From an uncultured virus (IMG/VR IMGVR_UViG_3300023116_006877) (Duplodnaviria; Heunggongvirae; Uroviricota; Caudoviricetes), in IMG/VR virus record IMGVR_UViG_3300023116_006877: DNA of 20,000 bases; one strand, 5' to 3'. Positions 1-8,670 of the stretch are shown piece after piece. Within the stretch, counting starts at the first letter, position 1; every line of letters starts with the position of its first letter. A model generated the notes under the pieces. It was not told the origin of the DNA and searched no databases. It saw only the letters and a list, made by a program, of their open reading frames with translations. Made by a program: the position numbers and the translations under genes.

Positions 1-24
1 TTTAATTTCTTCGATGCTTAACAT
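1..24 (-). CDS. 5' end of a gene running off the left edge (MLSIEEIK...)
   Basis: ATG at 24, 12 nt after the polymerase stop and 6 nt downstream of a GTAAATA box (31-37). Only 8 codons are visible. Confidence 0.5.
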
Positions 25-36
25 ATATGTTATTTA

Positions 37-2697
37 CTAAAATTCAAAAAGTTTGTTAAACGTATTGGTTGTTTCTGTCGATTGTACGTCCCAATTTAAT
101 ACTCCTATTAGATTATCTATTTTTTGATCAACGATGGTAGATTCCATCGCTTCAGAATCAAATGGTAATTCTTGGAACCATTTTGGAATACGTAACTCGT
201 CCACTGGATATGCTATGGAAGTATAATCTAATGGATTGTTTTTTAATTTACATACAATTACTTTTGCACCATCTGTGATAGGCATAGAATATTTGTCTCC
301 GTATAGTTCTCTACATTTATTCCAGTTGATGCTGGCACGAACATGACCTGGCATATTGGCACGACCTTGTTTGTTTTCTTTTCCGAGATATTCTGTTATC
401 TTATTGGCTCTTTTTGGAGAACCCTTCTCCCAACCGGGTCTTGATTTGAATTCAGCCCTAAATTCTGATATTCTTTTGAGAACATCTTCTTCGGTTTTAT
501 TTGTTAATACCATCATCAACAATTCACTCAAAAAATCTTGTACAAATACAGGTGTGTCTGATCTTTTTAGATCAAGACCCATTGCCTTCATTTTACCCAT
601 GCTACCTTCGGTATCTGTTCTTTGTCCTTCTTTATCAAAATATAGAACTGCATATCTTTTCTTTGTGATAAAAAGTCCTTTGCTCGCAACAAGTTCTCGT
701 CCTGCCGCTATGACTTCTCCTCTGCTTTTTGGACAATGAAATGCTTTGGTCATGAATCCAGCAAAAGATGAATTCACCTCAGATGATATTTTATCATATA
801 AAGCAATAACGTTTTCTTTTTCCCATGGGATTTGTCCTGCTGTTATTTCTTTCTGTAATGGCTTATAAGCAGAAAAATACACAGAATCTGTATCACCATA
901 TATGATAGAATCTCCTTTGTGATCATACTCGCCCGTTATAATTTCATTAGTTTTTGCCGCCATGTGTTTTGTGATACATCTGCCTGTCAGTGTCACAGAT
1001 TGTCCGATACGTATGTCAAAGAACCTGCAACCTGGATTTAAGATTGCACCATACAAACTGTTCAAGTTAATTTTTTTAACCAGTTGTCTTTTGTCCCAAA
1101 ATTCTCGTTCAATATCGTTGTCTCCGGCATCGTGCATTTTGCGTTGCATCTCTTTTCTTTCAGCATACCAACGTTTCAATAGTCCTGGAATGATGGCTTC
1201 AAACTCGTATGTAAAAATCGTACCATTGGCAGACAGCATCCATTGATTATTACTATTAAAAATTATTTCGTATAATTGTGCCGCGGACATTTTGACTGAT
1301 GTGTCGTCTTCCCAGTCCACTGTAATTTCTACACCACGATCTTGTTTCATCACTGCTTGATACTCCCATGAACCAAATTGATTATCCCATGCCGATGCGA
1401 ATGATTTCTTCTGATGTATTGCTCTGTTAATTTCTGCTGATGTTATAATTGGACGTATTTGTCCCACAATAGATTCAGGTCCCATGTTCAATGCACGAAT
1501 CACGCTAGGATATAGACTGTTTATATCACAACTTCCTATCCAATCATGCAATCCTTTTTTAGGTGTTGCCACATATGCTCCTGCGGCCTGGGTCGACTCT
1601 CCTTCTTGTCTTTTGACTCTACCCGGAACAATCATTCCTCTTCGATGTGCTTCATTCACAATAGCCTGTTCTGTGACCGCCACTGCACCCATTGTTGTTT
1701 GAAGTAAAACAGTGTTTTGGTGTGCGATCTCATTCGCCAGTTCTATGAACTTCAATTTCTTCTCAAGTTTGGCCAGCAGTGCCGTGTCTTGTCTATTATA
1801 TTCTATGAACAATCCAAAATCGTTATTATACAGAGCATCTAGTGATCCTTCGTACACAGTTTTTCTTTCTCCTAGTTCATGCTCGCCTATGGCATCTAAT
1901 CTATACGAATGTCTTTCCTCATAAGTGTATTTTCTATATAGTTCAAGTAAATCTAAATGTACTCTTCCAATTAAGTCGTAACTGATCTGTTCTCTGCCAT
2001 ATTTTTCAAAGGTTCTTTTTCTGGGTTTCTCACCCCAAAAACATAAACGCCTTGTGTCATCGGAACTTAACACTTTTTGTATTCTGCCTACGGTATAGGG
2101 TATATCGTATCCCTCCGAGTTCCATCCTGATAATATATCTGCTTCTTCGATCAATGTTAAAAAAGCATCAAGCATATCTTTTTCTTTTTCAAACAACATC
2201 ACGTTGCTGAAACGTTCTACTTGTAATTTGGCATTTTCAAAACCCAATTTTTTAGGTGGTACAGCAAAAGTGACTAATTGATCGGTCCAATTCAAATAAC
2301 AAGTAATTGCTGTTATAGGCATAAATGGATCATCCGTGGTAGAATATCCTCGTTCAGGATCAAAGTCTACCTCAATATCAAAAAATACTACATTTAGATT
2401 GGGAGCATCTTTGCCTAGATAATTCTCTTCGAGACAACGGAACACAGGATTAATATCCTGCTCATAAAGTTTTTTATTTGATCTTATACGTTGTTCTTTT
2501 ATGAAATTGCTATATGTGTTGGATTGAACTTTTTGTAAAGGTTCACCAAATATGCTTCTGTGTTTTCCTTTGTTATCGGGATAATAAAATACGTATCTGG
2601 CATCATATTCTACAAATTTTCTTTCTCCATTTTTGTTTCTTTCGACAACAAAAACTTTGTCTTGATCTCTCTTGTAATATGCATCAATATAACTCAT
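37..2697 (-). CDS. polB: Family B DNA polymerase (phage gp43-type) with 3'-5' exonuclease
   Basis: ExoI FDIEVD, ExoII WNSEGYD, ExoIII YNRQD, motif A DINSLYPS, motif B KKINLNSLYG, motif C YGDTDS, KKRYA. 886 aa, no intein-sized insertion. Confidence 0.97.
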   Translation of the reverse strand: MSYIDAYYKRDQDKVFVVERNKNGERKFVEYDARYVFYYPDNKGKHRSIFGEPLQKVQSNTYSNFIKEQRIRSNKKLYEQDINPVFRCLEENYLGKDAPNLNVVFFDIEVDFDPERGYSTTDDPFMPITAITCYLNWTDQLVTFAVPPKKLGFENAKLQVERFSNVMLFEKEKDMLDAFLTLIEEADILSGWNSEGYDIPYTVGRIQKVLSSDDTRRLCFWGEKPRKRTFEKYGREQISYDLIGRVHLDLLELYRKYTYEERHSYRLDAIGEHELGERKTVYEGSLDALYNNDFGLFIEYNRQDTALLAKLEKKLKFIELANEIAHQNTVLLQTTMGAVAVTEQAIVNEAHRRGMIVPGRVKRQEGESTQAAGAYVATPKKGLHDWIGSCDINSLYPSVIRALNMGPESIVGQIRPIITSAEINRAIHQKKSFASAWDNQFGSWEYQAVMKQDRGVEITVDWEDDTSVKMSAAQLYEIIFNSNNQWMLSANGTIFTYEFEAIIPGLLKRWYAERKEMQRKMHDAGDNDIEREFWDKRQLVKKINLNSLYGAILNPGCRFFDIRIGQSVTLTGRCITKHMAAKTNEIITGEYDHKGDSIIYGDTDSVYFSAYKPLQKEITAGQIPWEKENVIALYDKISSEVNSSFAGFMTKAFHCPKSRGEVIAAGRELVASKGLFITKKRYAVLYFDKEGQRTDTEGSMGKMKAMGLDLKRSDTPVFVQDFLSELLMMVLTNKTEEDVLKRISEFRAEFKSRPGWEKGSPKRANKITEYLGKENKQGRANMPGHVRASINWNKCRELYGDKYSMPITDGAKVIVCKLKNNPLDYTSIAYPVDELRIPKWFQELPFDSEAMESTIVDQKIDNLIGVLNWDVQSTETTNTFNKLFEF

Positions 2698-2700
2698 TTT

Positions 2701-2985
2701 TTACCACCAATAACTTGCAACACCAAACCCATATATGTTTATGATCGAAAAATATCCTGTGAGCACCATTACGAATGCGGCTCCTCTTCTGTAAGCGGCA
2801 TAACATTGAGTTGTGGCACCAACAAAAAATGCAGGATATATGACGGTCAGATCAGGATTATCGGCTGTTATTGCCAAAGTTAAACTTGCTCCAACAGTGA
2901 AAATAAAACTTATTAATTCAAAGTAAAAGGCTACATTATCTGATTGATAACTTTTTATCCAGAATTTTTTGATATCACCATACAC
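2701..2985 (-). CDS. Small multi-pass membrane protein (about 3 TM)
   Basis: Three hydrophobic stretches in 94 aa. The GTG start overlaps the upstream TAG (TAGTG). Confidence 0.75.
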   Translation of the reverse strand: MYGDIKKFWIKSYQSDNVAFYFELISFIFTVGASLTLAITADNPDLTVIYPAFFVGATTQCYAAYRRGAAFVMVLTGYFSIINIYGFGVASYWW

Positions 2986-3242
2986 TAGATTTTTCCAGCG
3001 GCCGCTAATATAGAATCAACCATGTCCATATCATCTGTCACAGTTTTGTAAGAATCTTTGTGTGCAATGGTAATTGCCTTATTGATTAATCCTGGTTTGA
3101 TTTCTAATTCTTCTGCTATGGCCTTGACTGTGTCTCTCAATCCGCCTTTGAGATCATCAATCTCTCCCAGCACCTGAGAACCTTCTCTTATGATTTGTAT
3201 TATTTTTTGTTTTTCTGCGTCATTAAAATTTTTACCTGACAT
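2985..3242 (-). CDS. T4 DsbA-like / GapR-like dsDNA-binding protein (85 aa, start revised to MSGKNF)
   Basis: AAGGAG Shine-Dalgarno precedes the ATG at 3242. Helical pattern (IDDLK...TVKAIAEELEIKPGLINKAITIAHK) and length resemble T4 DsbA as recalled. Confidence 0.65.
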   Translation of the reverse strand: MSGKNFNDAEKQKIIQIIREGSQVLGEIDDLKGGLRDTVKAIAEELEIKPGLINKAITIAHKDSYKTVTDDMDMVDSILAAAGKI

Positions 3243-3266
3243 ATATGTCTCCTTTGTTAATCGTTT

Positions 3267-3295
3267 ATTATACATTAGATTTTTAAATAGATCAA
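3267..3295 (-). promoter_or_regulatory. Sigma70-type promoter for the DsbA-like/membrane/polymerase genes
   Basis: Minus strand TTGATC (3295-3290), 17 nt spacer, TATAAT (3272-3267), in an intergenic gap upstream of an SD and ATG. Confidence 0.7.
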
Positions 3296-3314
3296 CTGAT
3301 TATAATCGGTTGTA

Positions 3315-3983
3315 TTAATTTACCAGGTAGTTGTTATCTATTAAGTTATTCGCCATCGAAACAAAAGAATGATTCTTTCTTTCTTGTCTAGCCAATCTAA
3401 GTGTTAAAACTATCCTTGTGTGTCTACTATTGTTATAAAAACTATGCCATTGTTCAGTGGTCATGAAAAGAACATTATTGGGATCCATTATGGTTTGTGC
3501 CTTTGCCTCAAATTTATCAGTATTGGTAAAATCTAAAAATACATTACGAGAATATCTACTGTGCTGTATTTTTTCTTTTTCAAAGGTTTGATCATCGTAC
3601 CATTTTGTAACACATTTATCATCAGATATCTTGATAGGTATGTTGAAACTTATATTATGTGGACCCGCTCTGCCTTTTTCTAGGACGGGACCATCTTTGT
3701 GTACTCCTCCTCCTCCGTAAGCAGGAGTTATGAACAGCGCCACTCTGTTGGCATCAAAGTTATACAGTTTAGATAATGGAAACATATCTATTATTTTCTG
3801 TCCGTCTATAGGATCTAGATTAACGTGATTGTATGTTTTAGACAAGTTACCGTCGTCTTTTTTCATAGTCGCTGTTTTTATTGCAAGACTTTGCACTACA
3901 CGTTTCTTAATGTCTTCTAAATTAGGTATCTCGAATTTGATAAAGTACGGAGATCTATTTTCTATGAGTTTTAGAGTTTGCAT
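3315..3983 (-). CDS. Putative 2OG-Fe(II) oxygenase / cupin-fold protein
   Basis: HxD (VHKDG), distal His (QWHSF) and RIVLTLR strand, the typical double-stranded beta-helix metal-binding layout. Confidence 0.55.
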   Translation of the reverse strand: MQTLKLIENRSPYFIKFEIPNLEDIKKRVVQSLAIKTATMKKDDGNLSKTYNHVNLDPIDGQKIIDMFPLSKLYNFDANRVALFITPAYGGGGVHKDGPVLEKGRAGPHNISFNIPIKISDDKCVTKWYDDQTFEKEKIQHSRYSRNVFLDFTNTDKFEAKAQTIMDPNNVLFMTTEQWHSFYNNSRHTRIVLTLRLARQERKNHSFVSMANNLIDNNYLVN

Positions 3984-3991
3984 ATTTCATA

Positions 3992-4060
3992 TTACCAAAT
4001 GTAGATACCACAATATACCGCTGTTGATATAATTAACATCCAGAAAATTAATTTATACAT
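3992..4060 (-). CDS. 22-aa single-TM microprotein MYKLIFWMLIISTAVYCGIYIW (not in ORF track)
   Basis: Manual translation. The ATG overlaps the upstream stop (TAATG), the ORF fills the gap, and it is almost entirely hydrophobic. Confidence 0.55.
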   Translation of the reverse strand: MYKLIFWMLIISTAVYCGIYIW

Positions 4061-4662
4061 TACTCTACGTTTCCTTTGTGACGACCTTTTTTGGCAGTTT
4101 CGCCTTTTTGCATGGCTTCTGCCCAGACTATCATGTTGTTGACCAAACTTTTGACCATACCGATAGTTTCGGAATCCTTCAGTATGTTATTTCTACCCTG
4201 TGCTTCTGATTCTATATTACACAAAGGTGGTGTAGTCAAAGATAAGTTTGATGCAAAACTGTATAAGGTACCTGTGATATGTTGCCAACCATCAACTCCT
4301 CCCGAAACAATACTGCCAAACACTTTGCCCATCATGGGTTTGTAATGGTTGTTATCCAAACTCCACGTATCAATATAGTCTAATCTTTCTATCAATGCCT
4401 GTGTATGACTACTGAACATACCCCACCAAATAGGTGTGGCAATAATAATTCCACTCATTTCAGGTTGTATCATTTTGTGGATTATCGGACGTAAGTCGTC
4501 GTCGTGATCTTCTGTGGTATTTTTATAGTTTAACTCTGCCATGTTAACGATTTCACACTCGTGGCCTAACTTTTCAAAACCTTTCTGTACCATTTCACAA
4601 ACAACTGATGTGTTTGATTCTGTACTTGGTTTAAGTGTTCCGTTTATAATAATAAATTTCAT
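4060..4662 (-). CDS. Flavodoxin-like NADPH-dependent FMN reductase family protein
   Basis: N-terminal IINGTLKPSTESNT phosphate loop, IIIATPIWWG, GKVFGSIVSGGVDG flavodoxin-fold motifs. Confidence 0.85.
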   Translation of the reverse strand: MKFIIINGTLKPSTESNTSVVCEMVQKGFEKLGHECEIVNMAELNYKNTTEDHDDDLRPIIHKMIQPEMSGIIIATPIWWGMFSSHTQALIERLDYIDTWSLDNNHYKPMMGKVFGSIVSGGVDGWQHITGTLYSFASNLSLTTPPLCNIESEAQGRNNILKDSETIGMVKSLVNNMIVWAEAMQKGETAKKGRHKGNVE

Positions 4663-4814
4663 TATTTTTTCTTAATTGGAACGCAGTTGTCTACAGTCTT
4701 GCCACCTTTTTTCTTTGTGCCCATTCTCTTGTAGCCTTTCCAACAAGCCTTGCCGTCAACGCCTTTTTGTTTCTCTTCTGGTAGGTGTTTTTCTGTAACT
4801 TCGTATATTCTCAT
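4662..4814 (-). CDS. 50-aa basic protein (start revised to MRIYEV) with CWKGY...NCVP module
   Basis: ATG at 4814 lies 1 nt after the upstream stop. MRIYEV leader, Lys-rich C-terminal module with two Cys. Confidence 0.75.
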   Translation of the reverse strand: MRIYEVTEKHLPEEKQKGVDGKACWKGYKRMGTKKKGGKTVDNCVPIKKK

Positions 4815-4815
4815 A

Positions 4816-5610
4816 TTACCACTTCCTACATGACCAATATCTTGCTTTGGTTTTCGGTCCTGGGTTAGCACAGTTGTGTCTCGCCCTAAAACTTTTTCTC
4901 GCCTTTGGATTAGACTTTCTAATCTTCATGGTTTTCTGTCCGGCTTTCCTCGCTGAACTTCCACCATGTCCGAAATTAACTTTCTTCACGTTTCCAGATT
5001 TGGGATCTTTCACATAAACTTTGAATTTTTTAATATCACCACGCATGGGTTTGTTCAGTGGTACTTTTCTGCCTCTGTATTCTGCGTCGAACAGTTCCGT
5101 TTCGTCTTCTGGAAAGCCTAGGTAACCGAATGCTTCAAAGAACGCATCATCGTCCTCGAACGTCATCTCGTCCTCTTCTGGGAATGGATCGTATTCACTT
5201 TCGTCCAGGGCCACTAGGGCCTCCTCTGCGTTGGTCAGTGACTGTATGGCAGATTTCTTGGCTTCCTCGTCCACTGACAGTGCTTCGACCCTGTCCTTGA
5301 TCTGTGATATGTCCAGCATCACCTTTGTGAATTCAATCTTGTCGTCATCCGCCAGTTCGTTGATCTCGTTTGTTGGCACGTTCAACCCATCTATTCTGTT
5401 TATTAAATTTTTCATGTCTTCCATAGTGATCGATTCTCCCATCTTCATTTGTGTTGGATCTTTTATAAATTCTTTTGTTTTTTTTAATCCTCTAGAGCCT
5501 GCGGACACAGGTGCTTCTGCTTGTTGCCCAGCATCAATGGTGCCTGTCTGAGTCATACGACTCATGTCGTCTAGGTATTGTTTGTAAGAAAATATTGGTA
5601 TATTACTCAT
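4816..5610 (-). CDS. Hypothetical protein: acidic N-terminal/central part plus very basic C-terminal domain (FRARHNC...RYWSCRKW)
   Basis: 264-aa ORF with a late box 7 nt upstream. The C-terminal module is of a type I recall from T4-like phage hypothetical proteins. Confidence 0.8.
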   Translation of the reverse strand: MSNIPIFSYKQYLDDMSRMTQTGTIDAGQQAEAPVSAGSRGLKKTKEFIKDPTQMKMGESITMEDMKNLINRIDGLNVPTNEINELADDDKIEFTKVMLDISQIKDRVEALSVDEEAKKSAIQSLTNAEEALVALDESEYDPFPEEDEMTFEDDDAFFEAFGYLGFPEDETELFDAEYRGRKVPLNKPMRGDIKKFKVYVKDPKSGNVKKVNFGHGGSSARKAGQKTMKIRKSNPKARKSFRARHNCANPGPKTKARYWSCRKW

Positions 5611-5639
5611 ATACTGATATTTATCTATTTCAGTATATG
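5608..5639 (-). promoter_or_regulatory. Late promoter ATAAATA (5618-5624) inside a perfect 10-bp hairpin that includes the ATG
   Basis: catatactga (5608-5617) and tcagtatatg (5630-5639) are exact reverse complements. The 12-nt loop holds the box. Confidence 0.65.
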
Positions 5640-5783
5640 CTTCAACTGAGAACCACTCATGTTACCAGCAGGAGCATTGTGCTTCATGTGGTATCCGCTA
5701 CCCGTTCTTATATGTATTTTAGGATCGAATGTGGTTTGTTCTTTATAATTTTTATTGTGTGTTTTTTTGTTTCTTTTTTTCAT
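5625..5783 (-). CDS. 52-aa basic hypothetical protein MKKRNKKTHNKNYKEQTTFDPKIHIRTGSGYHMKHNAPAGNMSGSQLKHILK (not in ORF track)
   Basis: Manual translation. Fills the 5611-5813 gap in the same orientation as all neighbours. Confidence 0.6.
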   Translation of the reverse strand: MKKRNKKTHNKNYKEQTTFDPKIHIRTGSGYHMKHNAPAGNMSGSQLKHILK

Positions 5784-5813
5784 TCTAATATTTGATGAAA
5801 AAAGAAGAAAGTT

Positions 5814-6842
5814 TTATTTTTTGTTTTCGGACAACTCGTCTTTGTAACTCACCTGCTCGTCAATGCCATCACCTAACACGTCTAATACAGCGTCTTTACT
5901 TGCCATGGTATGAACATGAATTTTATTATGTGCTTGTTCGCTTGGATGTACTTCAGCATCAATACCTGCTTTTTTTAACATTGATTGAATTCTCATAGCG
6001 TCTTCGTCACTTACAGCATTTTCTTGATTGTAATCACCTGCTAAAGTAATTTCGTGTGCGTGTGGGTCACTTTGTCCTTCGTAACCTGCTTCTCTTATTA
6101 TTCCTGAACCACCACACACTTCACAGTCATCTTCTCCGTGTTTACCTGTTCCGTCACAGTGTGTGCATTTTGCCGGTTCTGCTTCCATCTCTTCTATCTC
6201 TTTATCGTTATCGATTTCTTGTACAACTTTTTCTTCGTTTTTCTCAGCGTCTGCTATAATTTCTTTAGTTTCAGCAGTCTTGATTAGAATAGTTTTTTGT
6301 TCTTCGTTGTAAACTGCTTCATTGTCGGAAATGCTGTTGTATAGTTCTGACAATTGATTTTCGTCGGCATTTTTAATATATTCTTCAATTTCTGCAGAAA
6401 TAATTTTTTTGAAAGATTCAGCATCATGAGTTTGCTCATTTTTTTGTTCTGCTTTTAGTTCTGCCAGTTGTGCCTCCAACTCAGCAATCTTGTCAAGTCT
6501 CTTTGAATCTTCTGTAACTTCTTTTTTAATCTTGGTTGAAATAGAAGTATCGGTGTCTGATTCTTTTATTGCTTTTGTTATTATAGATTCTTTAGTCGGT
6601 TGATCGTTAACAATCGACTCTATTAATTTTTCTGCTTCTTTGGAAACTTTTGGGTCTGTGTATTCCTTGATCCCGGCCAATTTAGCAATGTCGGCCAAAC
6701 TCACATCTTTGTCATCTAATATTCTTGGTTCTTGCTTTGCCGCTTCCAACAGTTGTTGTCGTTCTTGTTCAGGAGATATGTTGCTCAATTCCTTAAGTCT
6801 TTCAACTATATCTAACCAATCACTGTGATGTTTTTTTGCCAT
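5814..6842 (-). CDS. Acidic coiled-coil protein with a DnaJ-type CxxCxGxG zinc-finger pair; possible prohead core/internal protein
   Basis: Glu-rich 342 aa, CTHCDGTG...CEVCGGSG, KLAGI motif, two TATAAATA boxes upstream. Confidence 0.7.
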   Translation of the reverse strand: MAKKHHSDWLDIVERLKELSNISPEQERQQLLEAAKQEPRILDDKDVSLADIAKLAGIKEYTDPKVSKEAEKLIESIVNDQPTKESIITKAIKESDTDTSISTKIKKEVTEDSKRLDKIAELEAQLAELKAEQKNEQTHDAESFKKIISAEIEEYIKNADENQLSELYNSISDNEAVYNEEQKTILIKTAETKEIIADAEKNEEKVVQEIDNDKEIEEMEAEPAKCTHCDGTGKHGEDDCEVCGGSGIIREAGYEGQSDPHAHEITLAGDYNQENAVSDEDAMRIQSMLKKAGIDAEVHPSEQAHNKIHVHTMASKDAVLDVLGDGIDEQVSYKDELSENKK

Positions 6843-6848
6843 ATGAAC

Positions 6849-6878
6849 TATTTATATTGAGTTATGCTATTATTTATA
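6849..6878 (-). promoter_or_regulatory. Two tandem perfect T4-type late promoters TATAAATA (6849-6856, 6871-6878)
   Basis: Exact matches to the T4 gp55 late consensus in a 44-nt intergenic gap. The proximal copy is 6 nt from the ATG. Confidence 0.8.
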
Positions 6879-6886
6879 TTATTGTT

Positions 6887-8227
6887 TTATGATTTTAGAC
6901 TGTTTTTGAAAGCAAATGTCCAGGTTTCTCCTAGTTTTTTACCCATCATATCCACTAATCTATTGGTATAAAGCACTGTTTTTGATTCACCTGTGGTTGC
7001 TAATTTCTCTTTTCTTTTCACCAACATCTTTTTTAATAATTCGTCTTTATTTGTATTTGGATCATTTTGTATTTGTTGTAACGTTTGTACTTTATCTTGA
7101 TATGCTTCTTTGTCTTGTTTTTGTTTTATCAAATCAATTTTATTTTTTGCCATGGAATATTCATTTACCGATTCTGTACTCATGAATTTTGAATACTTGT
7201 CTTGTAGGTATTTTATGTGATTCAAGTCCTTGCCCGAGCTCAATCTAACTTTGGCATCTGATATATCTGTTTTGATCATTTTTGCCAAATCGTCATTTCC
7301 AGCATCGACGGCCATTTCGTATGCTGTGTTCATGGCCTGGATCGCAGGTACACTGTTATCAATCGCATTATTGATTGAACCCATGCCCGCAACAGCACCA
7401 ACAATTATTCCAGCGGCCGCTAATTTTTTCATCCAATCTTTGATGCCTTCATCTAGCATATCGTTTTCTTTGAAAGCAAATGTATGTTGTGTGATTGAGA
7501 TATCTTTCACACCGGTTGTATTTTTTAATTCCGATGCCCTCTTTTTAGCATCATCTTTGTTTTTGTATGCCTGTGCTAATCTTTTTCCATCACGTTCATA
7601 TCTCACAGCAAAACCTTGTTGTATTCCTTCTTTGCTGATTGCTTCTGTTTTTTCTCGACACATTTTCTTTTCAACTTCTTGTACTCTTTTCTTTAAGATG
7701 TTTAACATACCAGGTTTGGTCTCTATATCATCGGCTGGAGTTTCTTTTGATAAGATTTCATCGATGTTTTTTTGAATCACTTGTGAATGCTTTTGTAATA
7801 CATTTTGTTCCAATTGCTCTCTGTAAGGATTCAACCTTTGGTAATCCTCATAGTGGTAAACAGCATCCAACATATCCACAGCACGATTCATTTTGGTTTG
7901 TACCCATGCCTCTATGTCATCACCCGGTTTAACTAAAGTTGAAATTTTTAAACAATATTTTGCAATCTTGTACATTTGGCTCTTGGCCATGTGTCCTTCG
8001 CCGGCATCTTCGGACATTTCCTGACCTTCTAGATAGTGTCCTACGGATGATATGTATGAACTGGCTAGATCTAATTTTTTTGCCACCCAACTTTCCATCT
8101 CCTGGTCGTTGTCGATCATGTTATGAATTTTTATGGCATACTTTCCTGCCCTGATAGTTTGGTTCAAGAACATACTTGCTTCGTATGTGTCAGGCAGTAC
8201 AGGAGTGTTCAATTCGTTTATTTTCAT
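6887..8227 (-). CDS. Modular hypothetical protein with MKINEL leader and a 61-aa tandem repeat
   Basis: 446-aa ORF, late box 5 nt upstream, ungapped internal repeat aa16-67 / aa77-128. Confidence 0.8.
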   Translation of the reverse strand: MKINELNTPVLPDTYEASMFLNQTIRAGKYAIKIHNMIDNDQEMESWVAKKLDLASSYISSVGHYLEGQEMSEDAGEGHMAKSQMYKIAKYCLKISTLVKPGDDIEAWVQTKMNRAVDMLDAVYHYEDYQRLNPYREQLEQNVLQKHSQVIQKNIDEILSKETPADDIETKPGMLNILKKRVQEVEKKMCREKTEAISKEGIQQGFAVRYERDGKRLAQAYKNKDDAKKRASELKNTTGVKDISITQHTFAFKENDMLDEGIKDWMKKLAAAGIIVGAVAGMGSINNAIDNSVPAIQAMNTAYEMAVDAGNDDLAKMIKTDISDAKVRLSSGKDLNHIKYLQDKYSKFMSTESVNEYSMAKNKIDLIKQKQDKEAYQDKVQTLQQIQNDPNTNKDELLKKMLVKRKEKLATTGESKTVLYTNRLVDMMGKKLGETWTFAFKNSLKS

Positions 8228-8232
8228 ATCAA

Positions 8233-8239
8233 TATTTAT
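8233..8239 (-). promoter_or_regulatory. Late promoter box ATAAATA
   Basis: 5 nt upstream of the ATG at 8227, no SD. Confidence 0.65.
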
Positions 8240-8670
8240 TAGTTAAATCCAAAGTGTGTCACCTCTGGATATTTTTGAATTATTTTTCTTGCCAACTCGT
8301 TATGGTACTTCACTTGTTGATTCATGTATCCTTCCGGCCTACCGCCACTGTACATTGTAGGACCTCCTGGATTTTGGTCAACTGTTGTTGGCTCTTCTGG
8401 TGATGGTTTGCCAATATTCTTTTGAAGCCATTGTGTTGTTCTGGCAATAAATTCTTTTGCTGGAACAGGAGGCATGTCTTCAAAATCTGGATCATATCCC
8501 AACGTGTTCAAAAAAATTCTCATACTGGCATTGCTCATATAAGGAGTGTCTAACTCCTCATCATTCTGCCATTTATCTGGAAAAGTCCAAATTCTCTGTT
8601 CTTTGTCTTTTGGATCTTTGTAGTAAGGCATCATGGAAGCGCCTTCGTTTATGACTTCATTAATTTTCAT
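8239..8670 (-). CDS. Hypothetical protein with MKINEVINE leader
   Basis: 143-aa ORF with the shared N-terminal motif. Confidence 0.75.
   Translation of the reverse strand: MKINEVINEGASMMPYYKDPKDKEQRIWTFPDKWQNDEELDTPYMSNASMRIFLNTLGYDPDFEDMPPVPAKEFIARTTQWLQKNIGKPSPEEPTTVDQNPGGPTMYSGGRPEGYMNQQVKYHNELARKIIQKYPEVTHFGFN

Noticed and set aside
19..32. 14-bp palindrome taacatatatgtta over a start codon
   Set aside because: Almost entirely A/T, likely chance in this composition.
37..2697. Intein or intron in the DNA polymerase
   Set aside because: Single ORF of normal length with contiguous motifs.
4815..4871. Longer ORF-track starts (4871, also 3275, 10721, 11387, 15039)
   Set aside because: They overlap upstream genes or a promoter. 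Downstream ATGs fit SD, late-box spacing or gene coupling better.
5784..5813. U-rich tract on the minus strand as a terminator
   Set aside because: No GC-rich stem precedes it.
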